Assembly: GCF_006345805.1 (NCBI RefSeq)
Contig: NC_043011.1
Location: forward strand, 41,242,464 to 41,306,463
Reading direction: 5' to 3'
DNA length: 64,000 nucleotides
Source: Octopus sinensis
Taxonomy: Eukaryota
Shown here: piece by piece, positions 38,701-51,416 of the stretch
Layout: every line of letters starts with the position of its first letter
How positions within the stretch are numbered: the stretch's first letter is position 1
The notes under the pieces: generated by a model
Databases searched by the model: none
What the model saw: only the letters and a program-made list of their open reading frames with translations
Told to the model about the DNA's origin: nothing
Program-made: the position numbers and the translations under genes

Positions 38701-39426
38701 TAACCTAAGACGCCAGAGTGTAATTTGAAAGAGATTTAGTTGTTCTTTCATGTAGGTCGAGTGACTCATTCGTTCGCTTGTGTGTGTGCTTTTGGCTGTG
38801 GTGAGACGACTCGGAACATTCACGATGGGAATTTTCCGAATCCTCTCCCACACCCCCCGTTCGCCAGCGCGCATTTTTTTTCATATTCGTTTATAACATG
38901 TTCTTTTACACCTATTACACTATTTTTTCTGTTTTTTTTTTCTCGAGTCAAACCCGTTAGTTTGACCTAAGTTTGGATATAATCATAATCTATATACTCC
39001 GAAAGGGATCTGAAAAATTTCATTAAAAAAGACCCATTTTTCTAAATGTTATGAGGAAACAAAGTTGATGACTTGCGGTGTTGGTGCACTTATGTGTAGG
39101 TCTACCGGTTTCTGAACCAACGGCAGAACCTTCTTGCGAACATGTTAGAAATAACAGCCAAAATTCTTCATCTCCTGCACTACCGTCGTAAACAACGAAA
39201 AGTGCACATTGAATGGATAAAGCAGTTTTAAATATACAACTACAAAGACTGGATGGTTACGGTTAGAAGGCTTTTGATCATATGTTCCATCGCTCGATCA
39301 GATTTGACCTAGGGCTAAACAAAACAACAGTAGAGGCTGCAACTGCGGAATAAAATTTAGTCGGTTACTATTTCCTCAGTTATCTCCCTTGATATTGCTG
39401 TTTAATTAATTTGTTTAATTAAAAGC

Positions 39427-39510
39427 ATGGCGACAACAACGAGGGAAGTGATAACCCTTCAGCTTGGTCATTATGCTAATTACGTCGGAACACACTGGTG
39501 GAATATACAG
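39427..39510 (+). CDS. MSTO1: Misato homolog exon 1
   Basis: [28 protein letters not shown] then gtaagt; tubulin-like Misato N-terminal motif LQLG...G.HWWN.Q. Confidence 0.96.
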
Positions 39511-39715
39511 GTAAGTTTTATCGAATGATCAATCATTCCTTGATCGCTAAAAACCTACTTTGATGATACATCGTCACAAAACTATGCCATTTTAGCGTTT
39601 TATTCTAAGAAATTAAGAATTTCGGACATAACTACAGTTCGGTACCCCACGACTTTGGTGCCTCGTAACTGTCTCAAAAATGCATATTTTCTAATGGAAT
39701 TTTACAGACATACGT

Positions 39716-40110
39716 GGCGATCTTTCGTCTCTAGTAGACCTTTCCGTCGATTTCCGTAAAAAAATTTTTTTGTTACATATGGGCTTGCGGGAACTTTTGA
39801 AGTAATATACATACATATACACATACACCGAGTAAAAAATTTCAGTTATCTCTTTCTTTTACACATACTAACAGAAGCACTTCACTTACACAACATACTG
39901 TCTGTCTCCCACACCCCATCAAACACACACACATGTACATCAATACTTCCCATGCACGGTAACTTCAAAAGAATTTCCCTCGTCATACAATCGCTTTCTC
40001 TTAGTCTCTTTCGCTCTCATTACTTCAAAAGTTCCCGCAAGCCCATATGTAAAAAAAAAAATTTTTTTACGGAAATCGACGGAAAGGTCTACAAGAGACG
40101 AAAGATTGCC
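39716..40110. mobile_element. Same MITE family, copy 2, opposite orientation, TSD ACATACGT
   Basis: Same TIRs, internal sequence reverse-complemented relative to copy 1; ACATACGT at 39708-39715 and 40111-40118. Confidence 0.9.
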
Positions 40111-41052
40111 ACATACGTTTTGAGGGTGTAGATTACAATTATGCTGATAACATTAAGAAAGAGTTTTTAAAACATTTTTAATCAATCATTTCCTTGCCTC
40201 CCGACATTGTTTCCTGATAACTGTCTTTAAAATGTATATCTTGAAATAGCATTTTGCATAGATATATTTTCGAGAGTCAAGATTATAATCATACTGATAA
40301 AATTTAGAAAAATGACAAATAGTTTTCGAGGTGTTTCGGTTCTGTTCTACCTTTCTCTTGCACCCCCCATCGACTTGGTAACCATGAATTTCCTTTAACT
40401 TTTTTTTCCCCCTTCGGATTCGTATATTCGAAATATCAACCTTACATGGTCTAGATTCTTGCAGACATTTCTGCAAAATAATCATTTGCAAATTATTTAA
40501 ATTAGTTATCAAGAAACCATGTCTGCAGTGGGATGTATGGAGACTGTTCTAAAACTTATTGAAAAAGAAAAAAATAATACTCGTCAATGTAGTCGCCATA
40601 CATACATATAGCGAGAGATTCAAACATATCTCTGTAAGTTCTCGTTGCGAAAAATAAGCATTTCCAGAAAGTTCTGAAGAAACAGAATCAATAGAGGGGC
40701 ATGATTCTGTAGTTATATCTCATGTCGCCGCTCCAAGCGTACCTTCTATTAATTCCTTTCACATCTAGGGTGCTTTATCACAAATATTCTAGTGTTTTGT
40801 GTACCCCTTCTCGCTTCATTTGCCTCCCATGTACCTGGATGTCTGTGGAAGTGTTCGGTTAGCCATCGTGCAAAGATTTGTATGTTGATCGAACAGACCC
40901 TATTATCAAAGACATTCCAGCTGTGACCACCTCATCATTTCTTCAGTGTTTCTGTGGCTGTCTTGTATGTTCTTTCCGGTTGTTATTACAGGAATGAGAG
41001 CTGATGCGCTTGTTTGTTATTACTTGACATTTCAAAACGAGATGAACTACAT

Positions 41053-41125
41053 GCCTCCATAGCTCAGTGGTTAGAGCACTGGTCTTGTAAACCAGGGGTC
41101 GTGAGTTCGATCCTCACTGGGGGCT
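41053..41125 (+). tRNA. tRNA-Thr(UGU), intronic in MSTO1 intron 1
   Basis: 73 nt; acceptor GCCTCCA/TGGGGGC, D stem GCTC/GAGC, anticodon arm CTGGT-CT TGT AA-ACCAG, T arm GTGAG-TTCGATC-CTCAC. Confidence 0.95.
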
Positions 41126-41143
41126 TGTAACAGTATTGCATTC

Positions 41144-41150
41144 TTTTTTT
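41144..41150 (+). terminator. Pol III terminator of tRNA-Thr
   Basis: T7 run 18 nt after the tRNA 3' end. Confidence 0.7.
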
Positions 41151-42302
41151 GTTTTTGTTTACCTTTGATCTCAGAGCCGGCAGAATCGTCAGTATACAGG
41201 CAATATGCCAGGTGGCATTTCGTCTGTCTTTACGTTCTGAGTTCAAATTCCGTTCAAGTTGACTTTATCTTTCATCCTTTCAGGCTGATAAATTAAAAAC
41301 TAGTTGAGCAGTGGGATCAATGCAATCGATTTAACCCTCTCCCGAAATTGCTGGCCTTGTGCCAAAATTTGAAAACGGCTTTTCTTCTAGCTCTTTATGT
41401 TTTCAATTTAAATTCCTTGGTGAACCTTGCCTTTCCTCTCTTCAGAACTGTTGAAATAAAATGGCCTTCAAGTGCTAGGGGTGATATAATCAACTAGCCG
41501 CATACCCTGAAAGTTGTTGGCCTTGTGCCAAAATTGTTATTTTTATGTAAAATGTAACCAGTTGAGCATGTCCCTTAGTGGTTGACGATATGTACATCTC
41601 TGATCATGAGCAGAAGTAGTGGGGGGAGCATCATAGCCATGTGTTGGGAGGAATTCTTTGGGGGTTTGGATAATTCACCTCTGGAAACATGGGTGTTTTG
41701 TTCATCACCCTTAACCCTTTCATTACTGTATTTATTTTGAGGTGTTCTGTATTTCTTTCAATTACTTTAAATATAACAAAGAATTTAGTAAAATAACTTA
41801 GTTATCATTCAGCTAGTATTAAGAACATAAATTGTGACTAAGGTTTGGTGGAAGATTTTAATTCAAAATTTATGAAAACAAGACATTTGTACTCAGAGCC
41901 AGAGCCGGTTTCAGCCGGGTTGGTAACGAAAGAGTTAAATAAACCTTTCAGGGACCATTTGTGCAGGATGGGCTACTTAAATGTCTTAAATGTTTCAAAT
42001 TTTGACAGTCAAAACCATTGGCTCCAGTACATCACTGGTACCTTTTTTTTTTATCAACTCTGGAAGAATGAAATGCAAAACTGTAGTTTCAAATTTTAGC
42101 ACGGGGCTAGCAATGTTCAGGGGAAGGGTAAGGTGATAGCATCAACCCCTGTGCGCAACTGGTACTTAATTTATCCTGAAATGGCAAATTGGCAGAATTT
42201 GAACTATCGTAAAGACGGACAAAATGTCACTAAGCATCTTGCCCAGTGTGCTCACAGTTCTGCCAGCTCGTTGTCTTGGATACATGTGTATATATGTATA
42301 TA

Positions 42303-42380
<78 letters not shown>

Positions 42381-43333
42381 TCATGTGTGTGTGTTTTTAA
42401 TGCTAGCAGTAATAATGTTTAAATCCTTGAATCAATTTGATACATGCCCCATTCACTCTATCCCTTTACAGCCAGATTAATCCGACAGACAGTGGAATTA
42501 AATGGGATTATCTCACCTCATTTCATTCCACCTTATATTCGATTAAGAAACACCTAAAAAAAAGATAAAAGAGCACCCTCCCTTAATAACCAATGAAAAT
42601 GCTTTGCTTGTGTTTGTATTGATTTCAAAATTATGCTGTTAATTCATATGGTATTGACTTGTCTGAGCTCAACTCTGTATAGTTGCTCAATTTGCCAGAA
42701 ATAGCAGCCAAATATCTCAAAATCAACTCCCCCCCCCACCATCATCTTAACCTTTTGATAACAAACCACTTGAAATTGTCCCTCATTCTATGGTACAAAG
42801 ATCCTGTTTTACAGGGAACTTGATTAAAAACTCCCATCAAAATCTCATGTTAATTAATGTTCCAAACACCAGCTTAATAATAACAAAATGTGATTGATGC
42901 CAGGGCTGCCTGACTGGCTCCTGTTCCGGTGGCACATAAAAAGCATCATCTGAACGTGGTCGATGCCAGTGCTCCCTGACTGGCTCCCGTGCCAGTGACA
43001 CATAAAAAGCTCCCACTGCACTCTCATGATGGTTGACGTTCGGAAGGGCATCCAGTGGTAGAAATCTTGCCAGATCAGATTGGAGCCTGGTGCAGCCTCC
43101 TGGCTTGCCAGTTCCCAGTCGAACCGTCCAACCCATGCCAGCTTGGAAAATGGACATTGAACGATGATGATGATTTTAAGTAAATTCTTGATAATTTTCA
43201 AAATTAATTGAAACACAAGTTCTATATTTCAACAGAAATATGGCCACAAAAGGGTTAAAGTGATCTCAATTAAAATCTATCAAAATTTCATGTTAATTAA
43301 CGTTCCAAACACCAGATTAATAATGACCAATTT

Positions 43334-43572
43334 ATGGCGTAGTGGTTTAAGAGCATGGGCTACTAACCCCAAGATTCTAAGTTTGATTCCAGGCAGTGAT
43401 CAGAATAATTATAATAATAATAATGATAATAATAACATCAAAAAATACCTTAGGAATGAGAACCCAGGTTTGAAATTTCCCCAAGACACCCAATGAAGGC
43501 TGGAGGGTATATCAGCTGAAACGTTGTGTTAACAACAAGACGAGGACAAATATCCGTCAAATGTAAATAATG
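43334..43572 (+). mobile_element. Second copy of the composite tRNA/hammerhead SINE
   Basis: Same head, TAA tract and tail; core mutated to CCAATGA. Confidence 0.7.
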
Positions 43573-44421
43573 AAATTCTTTATTATTCTTAAAATTGTTT
43601 GAAACAAAAGCAGTGTATTTCAGATATGGTAACAAAACAGTCAAAGTGCACATCAGCTTAATAACGACAAAGTTATTTTATCAAATTATTCGTTACCAAA
43701 GCTTTGGTGGTTAGAAGTGTTGGAGTGAGTGAGGCAAGAAAATTTATAAATGATAGAAAAGCTTTGAGAGTATTTGTGGACAGATGAGTGAATTTGATGT
43801 TGCTGAAAGGGGTATGGAACCAGTATGATGCGGCGGGGGTAAACCAGCATATGCTGTCGGGCCCTACTACTGTTATTGGAGGTCGCGTTCTATGCCTTGA
43901 CCTGAGCATTAAACGGGGCTTGCCCTTTGAGCTGGGAAATGAATGGAATGCCTGGTGTATGTCTTGCTGAGGCTACCCCTTCCTAAAAACAAAATGGGGA
44001 ATAGGCCTGGGTATATATATAAAAAAAAATTCATTATTTTCAAAATTAACTGAAACAAAAGCTGCATATTTCAACAGAAAAAATTGGGAACAAGAGAACC
44101 AAGCAGATGAGATGGTCATGGTTGGGGTGCCTTGTGATAAGTGTGTAGGTTTGTTTGCTTAGTCTGGAAATCATTGAGAGTGGTGAAATGCCATTACCAC
44201 CACCATTATATATATATATATATATATGTATTTGGGTGTATGTGTGTATATATATATATATATACATACATCATCATCATTTAATGTCTGTTGTTAATGC
44301 TGGTATGGGTTGGACGGTTTGACTAGGCTGGCATGCTGGAAGACTGTACCAAACTCCAGTTTGGTTTGGCATGGCTGGATGCCCTTCCTAATTCCAACCA
44401 CTTCCAGAGTGTAATGGGTGC

Positions 44422-44479
<58 letters not shown>

Positions 44480-44856
44480 CTTATATAAAATCCATTCTGT
44501 CTGTCTGTCTATTTGTGGCTTCTAGCATCTTGGGCATCCTCCATCCGATTGCGCTCAAATTTGATATGTAGATACCGACGGTATCAGGGCGTGTATAAGT
44601 CTTGAAAAAATTACAAAAATCAATTCCAGGTGAGAATGCGATTGATAAAGCCATGGGAAATTGTTTTTCTTTGGAATAGGAAAAAAGTCTATCTTTATTT
44701 CTTCTTTTGCTAGTGTCTCAAATTTAGGTTAAATCAGTGTTCCTCAAAGGGAAGGTCTATGGGATGTTCGGACAAGCTGTTTTGAGAAAATTTGGTTTAA
44801 ATGTTTGGCAACTCAGCACCGTCCATTGGACGGGGGGGGGGGGGGCGTTTTGCTCG

Positions 44857-44918
<62 letters not shown>

Positions 44919-46084
44919 CATACACATAAACACAAACACACATTTCTATGTGAAATAATATTTCAAAATCTGCTTTGGGTTCAAATCCCACTGAAGTCAG
45001 CTGGTCCTTTTGTAAACATGTTAATTTATGTTCCAAACACTAGCTTAATAATAATAACAAAATTATTTTACTAAATTCTTGATAATTTTCAAAATTGATT
45101 GAAACACAGGTTCTATATTTCAACAGAAATATGGTAACAAAAGGGTTAAAGTGATCCTAAATTAAAATCTTCCATCAAAATTTCATGTTAATCTATGTTT
45201 GAAAGACCAGATGAATATGGATAAAGTTATTTTGCCAAATTCTTCATAATTTTAAAAGCTGTCAATTTAAACAGAAATATGCTAACAAAAAGCGCCAAAG
45301 TCAATAAAAGTTAAAACTTTTCATCAAAATTCCATGTTAATTTTTGTTCCCAACACCAGTTGAATAATGAGACATTCAGGTTAGTTTTCTGGTTTGCAGA
45401 TATCCTTCCACCCACCCATTTCAGGGGCTCTGTAAAAGCTCAAAGTCATTGCCTTGGTCCCTGATTAACCCTTCAACATTCAGATTACTCTGTCGAATGT
45501 GATGATTATTTATTCACATTGTTTCGAATTAATCATGCATTATCTCAGAGCTTTGAGATTTCGATGATGTGATTGTTTATTTTTACAATGACATTGTAGG
45601 GTAGGTGTGAGAAGCTAGATCTGGTCTGTTTGAACATAGAACAGGGAAAATATTTGGGCCAGATTTGGCCAGTTTAATTCACTAGCATTTAGACAGGCCA
45701 TATTTGGTCAAGATATTCTATTTGTTTTATGGTCAAACTGATCAGATCAGGCCTCTCACACCTACCCTACAATGTCATTCTAAAAATATACAATCACATC
45801 ATTGAGATCTTAAAGCAACAAGATCATCCATGATTAATACATAATAATCCTTTCTACTATAGGCACAAGGCCTGAAATTGCTGGGTAGGAGACCAGTCGA
45901 TTACATCAACCCCAGTTGTTTTACTGGTACTTATATTATCAACCCCGAGAGGATGAAAGGCAAAGACGACCTCGGTTGAATTTGAACTTAGAATGTTAAG
46001 ATGGGCGAAATGGTGTTAAGCATTTTGCCTGGCGTGCTAACAATTCTGTCAGGTTTGCCACCTTGATTAATTCAAAATAATGTG

Positions 46085-46480
46085 AATGGCTGTGTGGTAA
46101 GTAGCTTGCTAACCAACCACATGGTTCCGGGTTCAGTCCCACTGCGTGGCATCTTGGGCGAGTGTCTTCTGCTATAGCCCCGGGCCGACCAATGCCTTGT
46201 GAGTGGATTTGGTAGACGGAAACTGAAAGAAGCCTGTCGTATATATGTATATATATATATGTGTGTGTGTTTGTGTGTCTGTGTTTGTCCCCCTAGCATT
46301 GCTTGACAACCGATGCTGGTGTGTTTACGTTCCCGTTACTTAGCGGTTCGGCAAAAAAGAGACCGATAGAATAAGTACTGGGCTTACGAAGAATAAGTCC
46401 CGGAGTCGATTTGCTCGACTAAAGGCGGTGCTCCAGCATGGCTGCAGTCAAATGACTGAAACAAGTAAAAGAGTAAAGAG
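46085..46480 (+). mobile_element. tRNA-derived SINE family A (representative)
   Basis: GGCTGTGTGGTAAG...GGGTTCAGTCCC head, central microsatellite, AGTAAAAGAG tail; similar copies about 1925-2312(+), 5290-5665(-), 11480-11858(+), 20065-20890, 24150-24520(-). Confidence 0.85.
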
Positions 46481-46642
46481 TGAGAGTATATAAACATTAC
46501 ATTTGACAGGGTTATTTGAATACTGAAGGGTTAAAAAATAAAAGGAGAAAATAAGAAGCAGTTATGTTCACCCTACCCTCTCTCCAGCCCCACCTCTTAC
46601 TGTAGTCCTCTGGCTTGGTAGCTTCTCTTGAATCGTCAAACC

Positions 46643-46926
46643 CAGTGGTTCCCAAAGTGGGCAGTATTGCCCTCCTGGGGCGGTGGGAAATTCCAAAGAG
46701 GCGTTGAAGAAAAGTGGGGTGATAATAGGGTTGCCAAAAGGAGCGATTCATGTAAAAACAACAAAATAATGGGTTCTTTAGGTTAAGTTTTATTTGTGAA
46801 ATACACTTGCTTTGGATTTGCTTCAGAAAGAGGTTTATGTTTGTGAGGGTGGGGTGGGTGGGGGACACTAGGGATGTGGCCCGGGTGTCAAGGGGACGGC
46901 TGCCTGATAAAGTTTGGGAACTACTG
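46643..46926. mobile_element. hAT (Charlie-like) MITE
   Basis: TIR CAGTGGTTCCCAAA / TTTGGGAACTACTG; TSD GTCAAACC vs GTCTAACC. Confidence 0.85.
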
Positions 46927-47605
46927 GTCTAACCCATGCCGGCGTGGAAGACAGAAGTTAAACAACATCTGTAAGATGATGGTGATGATGATGATGATGG
47001 CAAAGTCTAGAACACACTAAAGGGTAAGACACGATTGTCTGGAGATGAGGTGGGTAGGGGGAAGGGGAGGCACAGGGGGATCTAAAAAAAAAAGATGTAA
47101 AGAAATGAAATTCAAAATTATTGTATCAATAGACATTCAGAGTGATAATGATTGGCAATATTGATCTTAGCCTAGACCTTCATCTCACTCGCTATTACTA
47201 ACGATAATTAATTAGACCTTCACTCACTCTCTGTTGACCTTAATAACATTTAATCCTTTAGTTCACTGGCAGATAACGAGGATTATCCAACAGAGATAAT
47301 GACAATCATTTATTTTAAACAGTTTAACGATAACGAGGATAATAAAATTATCCAACACTGGTTACATGTCAATTGAATGGACCTCAGTAAATAACTGGTA
47401 CTTTTTCATTGAGCCCCTGGAGGTTAGGATTTGAATTCCAGACACAATAGTTAAATATTGAGGTTAGCTTTGCCTTTTGTTCTTTTGGGGTTTGATAAAT
47501 ATACAGTACCAGTCAAGTACAGGGGTCAGTGTGAAACTGGCTTGCCCCTCCCCTCAAAATTGCTGGCCATGGGCCTAAATTTGAAAGGATTATTCATATT
47601 ATTTT

Positions 47606-47654
<49 letters not shown>

Positions 47655-47935
47655 CACTGCCTTTGCACAGCTTCTAACGCTGGAGATATATTACAGTGTC
47701 AGCTGTTCACTACCAGTGAACTAAGGTAATACCTCTTATTTTTCAAGCACCTTCCGGAGTATTCAAGCAGTTCCAAGCAGTGCTGTTTTCTGCAAGTGCT
47801 CTACCTTTATTGCAGCCCCTATTTGTTCCACATATTTCTTGAGATTTTTGCTCACTGTTCCCAGGGCTCCAACAATTATTGGTACTACTGCTACCTTTTT
47901 CATCGTCCACAACTGTTTAACTTCTCAAGCTAACC

Positions 47936-47937
<2 letters not shown>
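47655..47937 (-). mobile_element. 5'-truncated RLE-type non-LTR element (R4/Dong-like) in a (TAA)n array
   Basis: EVKQLWTMKKVAVVPIIVGALGTVSKNLKKYVEQIGAAIKVEHLQKTALLGTA*ILRKVLE; (TAA)n on both sides. Confidence 0.8.
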
Positions 47938-47977
<40 letters not shown>

Positions 47978-48863
47978 GAAGGTGGTGAGTTAAGGCAGCA
48001 ACCTGGCAGAATCGTTAGCACAGCAGGCAAAACGCTTAGCAGCATTTCATCCATCTTTATGTTCTGAGTTCAAATTCTGCTGAGGTCAACTTTGCTTTTC
48101 ATCCTTCTGGGGTCGATAATTTAAGTACCAGCTGAGCACTGGGGTCAGTGTAATTGACTAGTCCCCTACCCTACAATTTCAGGTCTTGTGCCTATAGTAG
48201 AAAGGATTATTATTATTATTATTACTATTAAGGTGTTGAGCTGGCAGAATCATTAGCATGCCGGGTGAAATACTTAGAGGTATTTCATCACATTCTGAGT
48301 TCAAATTCCACTGAGGTCAATTTTGCCTTTCATCCTTTCAGAGTTGATAAATTAAGTACCAGTTTAATCCTGGGGTCAATATAATCGACATATCTCCTCC
48401 CCCAAAATGTCTGCCCTTGTGGCAAAATTTGAAGCCATTATTATTATTTTCCTTTCAAGTGTTGGGCCTCATGGAGGCAATGACCAAGACTTTTGGCATT
48501 ACGTTGTGCTTGAGAATAAAAACCCATCAAGCTGAGCAAAATTGCAGTTGTGACAGATATTGGTGTCACACAAATTGGCACCCATGCTGATGGCAAGTAA
48601 ACGCATCCCAGTGTCATGCAAATGGCACCTGTGCCGGTGTCACACAAATGGCACCCGTGCTGGTGGCATGTTAAAGCACCCATTACACTCTTGGAGTGGT
48701 TGGCATTAGGAAGGGCATCCAGCCGGAGAAAAACATGCTAAACCAGGCTGGAGTCTGGTACAACCTTCCAGCTTACCAGCCCTGGTCAAACCGTCCAACC
48801 CATGCCAGCATGGACAACGGACGTTAAATGATGATGATGATAATAATTATTTATTATTGTTGC

Positions 48864-48896
<33 letters not shown>

Positions 48897-48951
48897 CATT
48901 ATTATTGTTGTTGTTGTTGTTAATATTATTATTATCATTACTATTTTACAG

Positions 48952-49041
48952 GAGTCCTCTTTTGAGTATGATCCCTCCAAAGTGAGTGGTCCTTCAGAAA
49001 TCAACCATGATGTTCTGTACCGCGAGGGAAAAAACTTGAAC
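48952..49041 (+). CDS. MSTO1: Misato homolog exon 2
   Basis: ttacag/gtaaga, 90 nt; ESSFEYDPSKVSGPSEINHDVLYREGKNLN. Confidence 0.92.
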
Positions 49042-49971
49042 GTAAGATATATTATAGAAATCATTTCATAACAAACCAGGACTATTACTGTTTATTTTTT
49101 TTCTTTTCTTGTTGTTTTCTTTTACTTTGTATATTTTATTTATTGTTTAACAAAAAAAAAAAAGGAGTGGGGTGCATAGTCAAGTGGTTTAAGAAGCAAG
49201 ATTTACAACCACATAGTTTCAGGTTCAGTCCCACTGCACAGCACCTTGAGCAAGTGTCCCACAATTATAGCCCTGTGCTGACCTATACCCTGTGAGTGAA
49301 TCTGGCTGATGGAAACTGTGTGGAAGCCAGTCATATGTATACACAATATCTAAATGTATATGTGTGTATGTATATATATATATATATATGTAAAAGTAAA
49401 AAAATATACAAACTGGGACAAGAACGTGAAACATTTAGAAGACGACACAAAAAACACGGACGGGACATTCGAAGTCCTCAATCATCAGTCAAGAACCGGA
49501 TCATCTTCGCAATTTCGGCTGATTAATCTTGTGTGTGTGTATCTCTATATGTGTCTGCTGTGTTTGTCACCTCAACCATGTTGGTTTGTTTACATTCCCA
49601 TAACTTAGTTAAGTAAAAAAAAGGCACCAAAAAAACAATAAAATAAGTATCGTGTTTAAAAAACTGGGTTAATTAGTTCAGTTAAAACCCTTTATCTTTC
49701 TCTTATTATGTGTATGTATTTCTTAAGATGTATCTTTGTATTATGATGTATATTTTACGATGTGTTTTTCTCCTATGTGTGTGCTGAGATGTGATGTATT
49801 TTTATGATGTGCCTTTGTGTTATGATATCTTACGATCTGTTTTTTCTCTTATGTGTGCGCTGTGAGATATGATGTGTCTTTGTGTTATGATGTGAATCTT
49901 ATGATGTGTCTTTGTCTTATATTGTGAAGTGTGGTGTATGATTAATCTCTGCTGGTTGATTCTAATTTCAG

Positions 49972-50087
49972 GGGCAGGTAACTTTTACTCCCCGCCTTAT
50001 TTTATGGGACTTGAAAGGAAGTTTACACTGTTTAAAGAAAGAGGGCACCCTTTATGATTTCAGGATAAAAAACAGGCCAACAGAATG
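49972..50087 (+). CDS. MSTO1: Misato homolog exon 3
   Basis: tttcag/gtaaga, 116 nt; GQVTFTPRLILWDLKGSLHCLKKEGTLYDFRIKNRPTE(W); family motif TPRL...DLKGSL. Confidence 0.96.
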
Positions 50088-51340
50088 GTAAGAATTTCAT
50101 TTTGTTTATTTATTTATTACTTTCATCTTTGTTTTATTTTATTGATTTATCTATTTTGTAAATATTTCTCTGTTGAGACGAGACAGTTTGAACACCATCA
50201 TCATCATCATCGTTATCATCAGTTAAAGTCCGTTTTCCATGCTGGCATGGGTTGGACAGCTTAACAGGAACTGGCAAAGCCAGGAGCTGGACCAGGTTCC
50301 ATAGCTTGTTTTGGTTTGGTTTCTATGACTGGATGCCCTTCCTAATGCCAAATATTCCACTGAGTGTACTGGGTACTTTTTACACAGCACCAGCAACCAC
50401 ACCAATGTTTTTTTTTTTTACATGGCACCTTGGTTTTAGGATTTCAATTCTGCTGTGGTGGCCAGGTCTTCTCAAGTACAGCAATGCACCACATATCTCA
50501 TCCCTCTGCCATCTCCTTAGATTGACCTTCAATAATCCATCTCATGTCTTCCTTGTTCTCCTTCGTCCACACCTTCCTTCCATTTCTCTATGCAACTGCA
50601 TCACATGACCAAACGCAGCACAGTCTCCTCTCTTGCACACTGCATATAATACCTCTTACACCTAACTTTTCTCTCATGCATTATCAACTTTGTGGTTAGG
50701 AATTTGAAATCTGCACTGGACATTTTTATCGTAGTTTCAATTCTCAGGCAGGGTGGTGCATTGTTTTCTTGAGTAAAACACTTCTTTTCATGTTGTTCCA
50801 GTTCCCTCACCTCTAAAAGAGTTCCAGCAATAGATGGGAAGTTAACCCTGCAATGGACTAGCTTCTTATTCAGGAGGAGGGAGTGTTGTAGTTTCAGTCA
50901 CTTCTGTGTCCAGGAGACTGGGTTAAGCCCTGGTCTTATGAGTCCTGGGGACACGTGACTGGCCAAAGTCTAAGTTACTGAGCAGGCATCAGTCTTTCAA
51001 TGCAGTGGCTCCCAATAGGAGATGATTCGGACTTTGATGACTCCTCCAACCCATGCCAGCATAGAAAGCAGATGTAAAAATGCTTGCAATCACTGCCGCC
51101 ACGCCACCAACAACCTGCATTTTATCAAAATCTCTACTTCCTACCAGAATTGGCAGATTTATATAAGGGAAAGCATGATAAGACTCTAAGATTCAGTGTT
51201 GCTCCAGTATGTCTTGCCATACATATTGCTCAAGTATGTCTTGCAACATATATTGTTCAGGTATGTATTGTTATACACATTGCTCAGGTGTGTTGTATGA
51301 CATTTGTAATTCTAGGTTTGTCTTCTTGTGTTCTTGCCAG

Positions 51341-51416
51341 GCATGGAAATGTGACTGTGAAAAAGAAACCAAAGATTGAAAAAAATGAATTTCTCAAAGA
51401 CATTGAGAAACAGGAG
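51341..51416 (+). CDS. MSTO1: Misato homolog exon 4
   Basis: tgccag/gttggt, 76 nt; (W)HGNVTVKKKPKIEKNEFLKDIEKQE; alternative donor 4 nt downstream possible. Confidence 0.85.

Noticed and set aside
37675-38703. 342-aa ORF and overlapping ORFs with LLGTFQEV repeats
   Set aside because: They are translations of the minisatellite, open in several frames on both strands, with no splice or domain support.
40186-40512. 108-aa minus-strand ORF in MSTO1 intron 1
   Set aside because: No recognisable motif, non-ATG start in the track, AT-rich; chance ORF.
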